This document shows positions 1 through 12,500 of a DNA stretch of 64,000 nucleotides, one piece after another (within the stretch, counting starts at the first letter, position 1; every line of letters begins with the position of its first letter). Position numbers and translations under genes: made by a program. The stretch lies in NCBI GenBank assembly GCA_964187785.1, contig OZ076418.1:29140001-29204000 (forward strand). The letters are read 5' to 3'. Source of the stretch: Amphiscolops sp. MND2022. Lineage: Eukaryota. A model generated the notes under the pieces. The model saw nothing but the letters and a program-made list of their open reading frames with translations. It ran no database searches and was not told the origin of the DNA.

Positions 1-590
1 TTTTGAGAAATTATGGCAAATTTAGTTTGAAAAGAAACTGCGGGATTGAATTGTCCAGAATTTAATGTTTCTTCAACCTTAAACTGAGTTATCGAAGAAA
101 ATAATTTGTTTCGTCAAATAAATTTTCATGAACACTTTTGTGAATCAAATTCAATCCAATTTTAAGAAAAGAACTTTCTGAATTAACTTAACACGAAACC
201 TGACGAGATTTTTTGAATTCAAGCCATTCGAAATTTAAGAGATGCCATTTAAGAGATGCCACAAGTTGTTTCGCTCCTAAAAATCAAAATTTTTGTGATT
301 TTCCAAAACTCAAAATGAATAACAAGAATGGATTTACTCGATAACATGATGCAATCCCCGTCGTAAGATTATTACGCTTGCTAGGCCGGAAAACAGAACA
401 AAAATCTCACATTTTCCGTTAGGTTGTAACTCAAAAGCGTTCATAATCAGACATGGTTTTTGGTTATTCCTTGAGAGTTTCTGACACATGTCAGGTTCAG
501 GTATCATATGAAAATCCTAGAAGAGCATTAATGTTTCTGTAAAGTCAGACAGGATCAGCTTAAGATGCGATTTTGCGACCGGAGTTCATC

Positions 591-3500
591 TCATCTGACA
601 ACGGGTCCCGATCTGTCGTTCACAACAGAAGGTTTGCGCAATTTCGCGTTGGCGAACAAGTTGTTTCTCTCTGGGCTGCAATCATGATTCGATGCTATGG
701 CTCCTCTGGCAGGGGGTCCTACGGGCAGGGATTGCGAAATATTATGAAGTTTCTGATTATGACATGAAATATAAAACTTGGAAACGAAGAATTGACTCAC
801 AGCAGACTGAATGGTTCAAACATGTTTTTTTTTCACTTGAATGCTGTTCACACTTTCGTGTTCGTTACACGTGATATATTTATGATCAACTGTTTAATTC
901 AAGGAAATGTACAAATGACTTTTCTCTAGAGGGTACATCTTATTCGTGTATTTTGCTGTTGAGAACTTAACAACTTCTTGAATATTTTGACTTTCTTAGC
1001 TAGCAATAGTTGACGACGTCACGCTTAGCCATTCTTGCAAAACCTGCCCGGGTGTGGCAGTAGCCCCATGACTGGGGGAGGGGGCGGCGGTGGTGGAGGA
1101 GGGGGTGCGGGTGCCATCGATGGGCGGGGCTGGGGGGTTTGAGGTTGCAGGGCGTACTGAGACTGAGACTGATGATGAAGATGTTGATGATGATGCTGGT
1201 TGTTGTGGTTATGCAACTGGTTTTGACTCTGAACACAAACTCATGACGAATAAATTTCGAAATTTCGAATAACTTCAAGACAAAAAACATTTCTCTACAT
1301 ACAATGGTGTGTGACCTATACAATAGAATTTGAACCTTTATTTGTAAGAAATAACTTGGACTGCATGTAAACAAAGCTGGCATTTTACACGGTGATTTCT
1401 TGCAATCTCTGGTTTACTCAAGAATTTAGGGAACTGTAGAGATAAATTGATAGTTTAAGATGATGGATAAAATCATCCCAATTAGCAGATTCTGTTCTTT
1501 TTAAACAGAACCAAAAACAGAATCCCCAATATTTGCTTAAAAAAAGCTGTGTCCCACGTATCAAGATTGCAAATGAAATGAAAAAATATATAACATTAAT
1601 TTTCTTGATGTTAAGCAGTTGAATGTCTTCTGAAAATGTATATGAAAGATTTTGAAACGGAGCAGTTCAAATCTAAACTTCTAGGTGCTACTGTATAAAA
1701 TTCTGTCTCGTTTCAAGGTAACCTTCAGTCTCTCGACAAAATAATTCTCTCTGGTTATGAAAATATGTCCGATTCAGAGAACGAAACTTGAGCTTTGCTG
1801 TTGGTTGAGAAAACTTGATAAAAATGCGGTCAAAGAGCAAATTTGTCCACGAAGAACCATTAATTTAGGGTACAGTGTTTGTACTATAACATTGTACAAT
1901 TGTATAATTTTCCGCTAAGAATGTAACGCATCAGCACGGGTTCGAACCCAGGACCTCTTGTCTGCCAGGCAGACGCACTACGAACTGCGCCACGATGACT
2001 AGAATTTCCTAAATGGAGTAACAAGTAACTGAAATAGTCAAGTAACTAAAATAGTCAAGTAACTAAAATAGTCAAGTAACTAAAATAGTCAACTAAAGTA
2101 GTCAAGTAACTAAAATAGTCAAGTAACGAAAATAGTCAAGTAACTAAAATAGTCAAGTAACTAAAATAGTCAAGTAACGAAAATAGTCAAGTAACCAAAA
2201 TAGTCAAGTGAAGAGGATGGAGATCGTGGAGATTTGGCAGAATTTGGAAAAAAAACGGAACACAGATTTTCCTCCCCCATTATATGTGGGTGGAAAATAA
2301 TATCCAGGCCAAAAAGATTTTGATGATCACTGTGGAGCAGAAATACCCACAGATAAGTTTGTTGCCATACCTAAGGCCATAAAAAACCCGGCGCGACCCG
2401 AGTTTTCGGTGATGTCTTGGTGAGGAAAACGTCCATTATCATGGATTGTTCTACAAGTTACCTCTAGCTCCAAACAGAAATCCAAAACAAAAAAATTCAT
2501 GCATAATCTGGTGTTCCTATACAAAGTTTTTGTAACAATCATGGATGAACATCAATGACCAGACAACCATAACAACAAGATGCCAAATAAACACCGGGAC
2601 ATATGCTGCATTATCTATTTCAGTAAAAAAAAATCAAAATGCCGTTCAAAATTTTGAGACAAAACCAAAGTTTCGGGACTATTTCAATTATAATGAATCG
2701 AAATTTTCATGAGTATATTTGAAAGCTAACTTCTTGTCGTTTAATTCTGTGGAAACATCCCAGCTCTTAAGTATAACTTCACACAGAGTATGAATAGCAT
2801 AATTAATTTTAAAAAATTTCACATGAGGTACAAGTTTTCCGCTATGCCTTATATGGAAAGCAACCGAAGTTGCAATGGTCTCGGCTGTCATACGAACCAT
2901 GTTGACATCATGCAGTTCTGCGTTATAGTCAGGGGCAGGTAGGTCAGGTCTGTGTGCCATAGTAGATGATTCATTTGAACTGCCCCCTCCTCCTTCTCCT
3001 TGCCCCCCGTACTCAGACAGCTGTTCATAGTCGTTCTCGTCATGTTCGGGTGACACTTTGGAGTGTAGGGGCTGTGTGAACGAAACTGGGAACCATCCTT
3101 GCCTTGAAAAAGAATATTGGATTGTAGAAGAAAGAAGGCAAGACAGAGCGAGTTATGACCGCAATCAAAACTTCCGGTATCTTGAGTTTGCCAAGGAGAA
3201 TGAAGTCACGCTTTTCAATTCAGTTGTTCATAGAAACCATATTTCAAAAATGCGCTCAGTTAAAGGAACTTTAAAACTCTTGAAAACATCCGTTTTCAAA
3301 ATAAAGAATAAATTTCTTATTTCAGAATGTATTTTAAAGTCGTCAAGGAATGTATTTAAGCCAACTTGAGACTTTGGTCGGACCGATTGAAGCGGGAATA
3401 ACGTCAAAAGAATAACATCTAAATGCAAAGCGGGGAGAGAATAACGTCTAAAGTCAAGTCACGCTCATTCCCTACCTTGAAACGTTGAACTTTAGACGCT

Positions 3501-6500
3501 ATTTCTTTAGACGTTGTTCCCGAAAACACTTTCAGACGTTGTTCCTTATAAACTCAGTCTCATAAAAATAGAAAAGTTTTTGGAAATCTGCGAACTGACC
3601 GAGGACTTTCAAGTGTGGGTTTTTTTTTAAAAATGATTTCAAACGTTTTTGTGTCGAATAAGGTCAAATGTAGTTACTGGGGATGTTCACAGAAAAAAGA
3701 ATACTCAAAGGACTTAATATGCAAACCAATGACCACGTAATTCCAACAAGTTTTATTTGAAAATTAGTATTAGTGAATGAATCCAGTATCTTGTATATAT
3801 ATAGTGAGTTAAGATCTTATTCCAGTGGTTTTTTCGGTAATTTTAGATCTAATTTCAGTTTTTGATGATTCTAGATCTTATTCCTGTGGTTTTTCCAGTG
3901 ATAACCCATTTTGTGCTGACAACCCAGGGTAACCCACCGGTGGCCACCACAAAATGTGTCATTACCACCGCGGTGGCCACCGGAGGGGCTGCGATGGGAA
4001 GTGCGGTGGCCACCGGTGGGTTACCCTGGGTTGTCAGCACGGGTAGACGGCAACCCTTATGAAGGTTTGAATGAAAAAATTAGAAGACAGAATATCAAAA
4101 TTTAAGACACATTCAAGGTCACTATCTTTTAACTGTGTAAAATGCTTTTCGTATTTATATTTATCGACATTACCATTTTACATGACATAAGATAGTGATT
4201 GTTTACACAACTGTTCCATGCAACTCTTACTTGACCTACAAAAAGCAGCCGTTTAAAAAAAAACAAAAATTCGTTACTTGTTCGTCCGTTTGTTGAGTCC
4301 GTACTGCCATCCATTGTGCAGGGGCGCCTTGTGGATGATATTGATGACGTCACCCTCTTGCAGTTCCATCTGGATGCCGTCTCCCTTCTGGGGAACGAAG
4401 TTGAAGTCTGCCCTGACCAACTGGGACCTCTGTCTGGACCCAGAACCAGAGCCAGACCCACTCCTTTTAGAAGCGCCTAAGGAACCAGAAACCGGTTGGG
4501 TACTTTCTCCGAGAAGCACTGATGTGAATAAATTTAAATACTGGAAATTGAATTTTTTAATTCAACATTCGGTTATATTCTAAGCAGAGTTGGAACCGGG
4601 CCGGGCCGGGCCGTGCCTGTGTTTCGATAGGTGTAGGACAAAAAGGATCCGAATTAGATTAATTTTCTGTCTATTAGTCGAAGTTTCGAAAGCATTGACC
4701 ACCGGGTCTGGATATTTAGGCCCGCTTCCAACTCTGATTCCAAGTGATTTTAAGGATGCTCAGTTCACAAATGGAGCAAATTAAACTGCTCGTTTCAGTT
4801 AAAAACTATTTAAAAGGTAGCTTTTGAATCAACCAACAGCTGTTGTGAATTCGAGAGTCGTAATATCGTCATAAATGTCCACGCTTCCCATGTAGCAGCT
4901 ATCGTTCTTGGTATACCCCCGCATACAATAACAGAAAAAGGCTTTCCACAAAGTTTTTTCTTCAAAAAAGAAGCCAAAACATTTTATCAATGTTTTTATA
5001 ATCAAATATGCTGTGACCCCCAATCCTTTTAATACTTTTGCTCAATTTACTATGCTACTTTATAAAATTACACTGAATATGATTCATAGGAAAGAAAAAA
5101 AGGATTTGCCTTGAAAGGAAAAGTACATGATGGAAAATATATCTGAAACTATCTAATTTTTCTTTAAAGGCCACCATGGAAACAATAGTTTCCATCCATG
5201 TAAATTTCGTACCAATTGCATGTCCGATCAAACACCGCCATTTTCTTCTAGTTTCGTTCATTAACCTTTCGAAGAATCATTCACGTGTGTCTCCTCCCTG
5301 ATTGAGGTGATAGTCCCTCCCCCGTTGGAATCCATGAGGATGAGGGTATTGTGTTTCTGGTGTCTGCCTCCTCTTTCAACACCTCCGCCCCCAGAGCTGA
5401 CCTTTGACCTCTTCTGCCTCTGGCTGTCTCTGCCCTCGTGACCTAGTCTCGGTTCGTGGTGACCTGACCTTGCTAGAATAACACGTACTTATCCTGCTGT
5501 AATTTACCCTTACTATGAACTGTATGAACTTTAGACAATAAATGTAAGGCTAAGAGTCATAATAGTTCTTAAAGAACTTTTTACGGGAAAATAATTTTGA
5601 TGTGTTTGGTTAGAGTCTTACGATACTGATTGAACGCTTGAAAGTTTCCAATTTTGATCCCAGATATCTTGAAGTTGGTATCGTTTCCAAATGCATGCAT
5701 ATGATAATTGAAGTTTTCTAACATCGATAACCTGAGACTAGAACCAGTCAGTAAAATTTCTCATCTATCAAAAATTATCGACCTCTTTTCAAATTAAATT
5801 TTAACTTATTCGAGTGATATCTGTATCATCTTCATTTTCTGTCAGAGTTCTTTCAATAAAAAAATACTGCAGCACTCCATTTTTCAGCGAATGAAGACGT
5901 AAATAATTCTCAAATTTGAAATGGGATTTACTAATTATTTAAGCAGCAGTACAGCAGCACTAACTTTCGCGGTTGTCTGTTTTCGGAACGGGCGTTCGCT
6001 TCATTGGGGTTCTCTTCTTGTAGCTGTTCTTCTTGAAGGTTACCTTCATTCTAGGAAGACTGCCGCCTCCTCCCATGCTCCCATCTGTTCAAAAATTACG
6101 TCATCGCTTTTCAAACTACTGTTCACAAAGATGATGCGGAATTTGTTGGGAAAATTGAACGAGAAGCGCAGTGTCACTGTCGTAGTTTTATAATACTATT
6201 ACAAGAAAAGTGTTACACTATTACACTTTTAGGATTAAATAGAAAAGCTTCCACTTACAATGGTTTGACGAAAAACAATGTCTTAAAAATCTAACTAAAA
6301 TATCCTACAGATCTAGACGCTAGTGCATACATATATGCATAGATGGTTCCAAAATGACTAAGTGAAGATGAACGTATATCTCTAAGAAAACATACCTACA
6401 GCGTCTTTCGAACTTTCCAAATTATTGGAAAAAATTGAAAACTTCATTGTTTTTTTATTCAAACCCTCGCCTCTTGCCACGCAAAAAAGCACTAAATTCG

Positions 6501-9500
6501 CTATATTCGATTTCTTTTTGTTATATCCGAAAGATATTAAAGTTTATATGTCCCGTCAAAAACAACAGTGTTGGTGTAGTTTGATTCGAAAAGATACAAA
6601 TTTTCGACCAACATAGATTCGATCTTAAACCTGGTTTCTAGCAAAACGTGAAATAATTCGGATGTAACGTAGATAATTCGGATACAGCGCTTTTTTGTGC
6701 CTTATTGTTGTATTCTAAAGCTACTTCGGTGAAGTAGAAGTTATTAAACTCTTGGTGAAATTGTCTGAACTTTTTGCACGCACTTTAATTTTGCATGTAA
6801 CTTTTTCATGATTTTCTAAACCTATTATGGAAACTTTCATGTGAAAATATTTCCCTGTTGTATTCGAACTTTATCAAGCTGCTTGAATGAATCAAAGTTT
6901 TGGCGGCCATTTTAGGCCTTGAAGTTTTGCATATTTCATTGAGAAATTGTTCTATTTTAAAAGCAAATAGGTCGCTATCAGTTCTACTGCTATTTTAATG
7001 CAAAATAAACTGAAAATTAGCATCATGTTCAGCGTTCTATTTTAACAGATGAGTATTTGAGAAAGCAAAGTGTGAACGAAACGTGATCGTGTCTGTAATG
7101 AGGAGAGATATATTTTCGAATTCAGTTACAGTAGTGGAAAATGCCGTATAATTCTATAAGATTTACCACCGGAACCTTACTGAATTTTCTTGTTTTTTTT
7201 TCAAAAATTACCCTGCATGCATGCCTGCAGCATGTAAAAAGTTCTAGCAGTCTGAACTAGGCAAACATATCTTTAGGTAGCTCAACTATCAATGTTGAGT
7301 TTGTTTATCTGATTGTACATTGTAGCAGACATCTAGTACCTGTTAATCTAGTCAACGTTAATCTAGTTAATCTAATAAAGCTAATAAAGTTAATTTGGTT
7401 ATTCAGGTTTGTGAACTCTGAGATTGTCTAGACTATACCACTACATTGTACCAATATACATTGTACAATAGTATGCAACATTACTAAAGTAAAAGAAATT
7501 GGAAACATGAAAAAAAATTGGTTCTGAATGTGATTCGAACTCATGTTCTGACCCAGTTTCGATAAGTGAGAAATATTTCAGTTTTCTGTGGTGTTTGCAT
7601 CACTTACTTTCATGCACGACAATTCGTCTGCCATCTTTGTGCACCTTGTTATAAGTGTGATCGAGGTCGCCATACGTGTTTCGATCTGATTGGTTCATCT
7701 CACTTCCCGAATATCCACTGGCTGAACTGTGATTGGACATTGCGTGCAATGGAGCCCCGTGTCGGAAGTCGAAGTCCTACGAACATTTCAACTCTAATTT
7801 GATTCATTACCTCAAAAACAAGACTTTTCATGGAATCTGTCAGATTGTTTACTTCAGAAACACCTTTAGACCAACCTCGCAAAGTTCAAAACGTATAATT
7901 TAACTGAGCAACTGATCAGGAAATGGTAAACAAACTGAATAACACATATACGTAACAATTTTCAACAAAGACTCTCTATAGAAAGGGATTGGCTTCATCA
8001 TTACATTGCTACTAACATCTAAAGGATTGCGAAGTTTCTCTTTCAACAGTTTCGAGGTTTCTGACCATTTGATTGTTTTCTCCTTCAGAACTTCCATTTG
8101 CTAAAAGCAAAAAAAAACGCAAATATAATCGGTTCCTCCTAGAAAACCAGGTTTAGGATCCCTTGATGCATTTTACTGACGAACGGCTTTGCTAATCATT
8201 TTTCTATAAGCAGCACTGGACCGGTACTGAGACTCAACTCGATCCCATTATAGCCCACTTACTGAGGTTCCATGGGCTCCCATGTATGGCCATCCATGTC
8301 CACGCATGGACCACACACTGTTAATTTTAGGTGTCTGTCTGAAAAGCTTTTCATCGACCTCTCATGGCATTGAAAAACTAACATGTCTGGAAAGTCGATT
8401 AAAGGTGGAAAATTGGCTGAAATTTATGCGATTTTCTCTCTTATCGTTTTTTTAGAGTTTTGGATTTTTGGTTACATCAATGTTCCGACCGGTAGCAATA
8501 AGGATGCTTTTCACCGCTGCCTTTGCTGATAGGTAAAAAAAATAAGAATCAAAGAAGCAAAAATGGGCCCCATTTTTCAGGAAAAATTCATACTGACAAA
8601 AAGACCCACGCAAACCATCAAGTTTTGTAATTCATCTAGAATTGGGAAACTTTCGGGAAGGAAATTTCTGAGTTTTTCCAGGAAATTAAGCGGAAGTGAG
8701 TAAAACTCTGTCAACGATGGATCATTTACATTATTGAGATCAACGTTTTCGTTGAAAGTCTCCAAAGACATGAACCCACAACTTTATAGACCCATAATAC
8801 TTGCCAATTGCAGGATGCCAAGATAAGCTTCAGTGAGTTCCGAAACAAGTTCTATGAAAGTGGCGATGAATCTTCTTTCTTCTACGGCAGCTATCTTGTA
8901 GGCAAAATCTTTGTACTCTCGAAGATCGGAGTCCGCTTCTTTGAAAGAGTTCAGAGACTAAAACAAAGCAATTGACAAACATTTGGACCGAATTACTATG
9001 CTATGTTCATTAGTAATGAAGGTTGCAACTAACAGTTACATTGAATTGAGAGTGTAAAGAAAAGAAAAAATGCAAACCTAGAATGAAGGTTGCAACAAAC
9101 AGTTACATTGAATTGAGAGTGTAAAGAAAAGAAAAAAGATTCTGCCATGAATGTCTCGAAAAAAAATGTTTCGAAACAATTTTTCCGATTTTTTGGCAAA
9201 ATCTCAAAATGAGCATTTCATTTAATGATAGATGAAATTGAATAATTTTCAATCGCAAGAAAAAACCTCTATTGTTCTGGCTTCGATTCTCAAAAAATAT
9301 ATTTCAGGAGATTTCTTGAAAAAAAACGTGTAATTTTTGGCAAACTCTAACAAGAGCTTTAAAATTGTATACAAGGTTTTTCTATCGATTACTTGCGACC
9401 AAATTATTTATTCCACCTCTTTCTATGAATTTTTCAAACATTTACAATCGCGGAAGGCATCGTAGGGCAAATCCATCAATAACAACTGTGAGTCAAAAAT

Positions 9501-12500
9501 GGTGCAAACAAAAAAGATGAGATACTTGAGACAAAAATATTGAAAACTTACTCTGTCTAATCGTTCGTCCATGTGACTGTTCTTGTGCATCGACTTCTCA
9601 TTGCATTTGTGGAGTTCTTTCACTGCCTTGGCCAGTTTCTGGTGCACAAAAAAAAACAACATTTATGGTTAAAACTTTGGTTCAAATATTTGACATTTGT
9701 TACTTTTTTGGACGGATTTGGAGAAATGTGTTTCAGGGCTAACAATAAACTGGTCAAAAAGGTGGAACATCCATCCGTAAACTTTTTTCACGTTTCAATA
9801 CCCTACTCGGCCCGTTTGTGTTTGTTTCGAAGTTTTTTGAGTTTTCAGATCCCTTGCGCTATAGGAAATGTAATTACATTTTCCCTTTCCATCAAATATC
9901 ATTGAATCTCAAGAAGTAGAAATATTTGCAGGGCTTTATGGAATGTTTGTTATGATGGACTCTCAAAACCCTACAAAAAATGCTTTGCAACCTAACATGA
10001 CATGTAAAAATTTCAAGCTCTTTCAACTAATGCGTGTACCCTCGTTGAACATGCTTGATTTTTTACATTTTCATCAAAGTTGGCAGCAACTCTTAAAATG
10101 ACTTTCTAAAATTCTTCCGGAAACATGTTTTTTTTGCGACCAATGAAAAATTACGATTAACAAAAGCTATATAGAAGAACGAAAAATTGTCTTTCTTATT
10201 GACAATCTGTTTGACTGACTGGAGTGAGTTGTTCTTTGTGCCAATATAGTTTTTTCCGAGCCACTGGCAAAAAATTAAACTGGAAAAATAGAAAATTAGC
10301 AAAAAATGAAGTTTTAAAAACTTGTTTCTTCTTAATTACTTAGCAACTATTTGCTAAGTTACTGCCCCACTCTAGTAACACACCATGAAAACGCAACTGA
10401 AAGTTTTTTCAATAAAGCGTCAGCTATAAGTACGACCAGCATTTCAAAGGCCCGGCGATGCTTCCAGCCTTGAAAACTTAGATGAAAAACTGGCTTTCAG
10501 GATCAGAAAATCAATTTGAGCTGCGGTTATTCTTCGTGGAGGAAAAAAAACTTTGAAGAAAGTTGGCCAAACCTTAGTCAATTTTCCAACTTTTTTGTGT
10601 ACTGTGGAGGTTATCAAGCTGTTTGAAAGATTCATCCAAGATTTACCAGCATTTTCAAGCTATGAATTTCTGCTGGTTTCATTATGCATCAGTTCTGATT
10701 TTGAATGCAGCTGAGACGTTAACAGTTTTGCCGCCATTTTAGAAAAAAACTCGTTTGAACTACTTTAACTGTTTTTGCATGCACTTCATTGTTGCCAGCA
10801 ACCTTTATTAAAAGATTGATGAAAAGTTTGTTGGCAATTTAAAGCTTTGGAATTTTGCAGGTTTCATTAAAACAGCCCTTTTGTGAAATTTTGAAATCTA
10901 ATAAGTTGCTGTCAGATTTCCGACATTTTGATGCAGATTAACTTCAGTCGCGTAATAAGCTGCAAATTAGCGTCATGTCATATGTAGCGCCCTATCACAG
11001 AAGCGGTGATCACATCAGTCGAGTAGTTGAGAAAACGATGTGTGAATACAAAGTTATCGTGCCTGTAATGAAGTGTTATTTATTTTCAAAATCTTTTTGC
11101 ATTAGTAGAAAATGCGGTGTAATTCTCTCAGATTTACCACCGGAACCTTCCTGAATGATATTATGAACAAACCGGGAACGACCCAGGTCGGCGCCCCGCT
11201 CAAGGTTCAAAAGAGTAAAGTTTCCTAAATATGCAAAGCACACTTTTGTCAAAAGTTTATCAAATTTACAGTGCCAAAAATACCAAAAAAGAAGGATACG
11301 GATAAGACTCGAACACAAACTTGAAGCATCAAAATACTGATTATTTTATTAAAGTAACTTTTTTGAAATTGTTTTATCTGGCAAAAACATATAGTGCCGA
11401 AAACAAAGTTTTCGCTCGCTAAACGCTTTCTTCAGGCCGAAAATTTTATTAAAGTGAAGGAGGGTACCCTACGACCAAGTAAAAATTGTATTGAATAAAA
11501 GTCCCACGGTGTCAAAAAAAAATCGTGGATCTTTTCACAATCATTGCGAAAATTCATCAGTTCCAAAGGATCAGAAAGAAAATTTCGAGAAAATGTCTCA
11601 GTTCGCCGAAAAACGCAAAAGGGGCACCCTTTGAGCTTCTTTATCATCCAGTTGGTTGCAAAAAGTCAAAATAACCTGAGAGAGGGGACGCTTTGGCGAC
11701 ATAAAACATATCGGCAAAAAAGTCTCACAATGCCGAAAAAACTAGTAAAACCAAACCTGTATTGTCTATTCACGGCAAAAGCTTCAAAAGCTTTCTTTCG
11801 TGAAATGTCGCATAGTGCCGAAAAGTGTAAAAGGGGGACCCTTCAGGATTTATTTACATACATTCTGTTGCAAAATATTTTTTAAAAATTGAAGGGGGAA
11901 AACTTCGATGCAATCAAAAAATTTTTGTAAAAAAGTCTCATAATGCCGAAAAAAAATCCAGTTGAGTGCAAAAAAGTCAAAATAACCTGAAAGAGGGGAT
12001 GCTTTGGCCACATAAAACATATCGGCAAAAAGGTCTCATAATGGCGAAAAAACAAGTAAACTAAACATTCTGTGTTGTCTATTAACGGAAAAAGCTTCAA
12101 AAACTATGGTACCCAAAGATGGCACCTTTTCGAGGCACCCAAGTATGCTGTCTGGAGAAAGAAAGAAAACGAGACGGGAACGTCGAAAGTCGGCGCTATA
12201 TCTAAGGATTTAAAAGCGCAAAGTTTTTATAAAATAGGCCCAGGACGTATTTATGAAAAGCTCAGAAATCAGTTTCGAGGCACTCAAAGGGTGCGTTTCA
12301 TGCTCGATAAGGCTCGAAAACCACTTTTTCCCCCTGGAAACAGAAAAACTTTTTTGAAAAAATTTCGGATTTTTTTCTTTCGTAAAATGTCGTATAGTGC
12401 CGAAAAGTGAAAAAGGGGGGACCCTTTGGGATTTATTTACATACATTCTGTTGCAAATTATCAAAAAAGTTGAAGGGGGACTCTTCGATGCAATCAAAAA

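Noticed and set aside
1927-1999. Functional tRNA gene (also 28772-28843)
   Set aside because: Acceptor and anticodon stems do not pair canonically; treated as tRNA-derived repeats.
8577-8771. 64-aa protein-like ORF in an intron of the BAIAP2-like gene
   Set aside because: No splice-phase-compatible way to include it, and the I-BAR alignment is complete without it.
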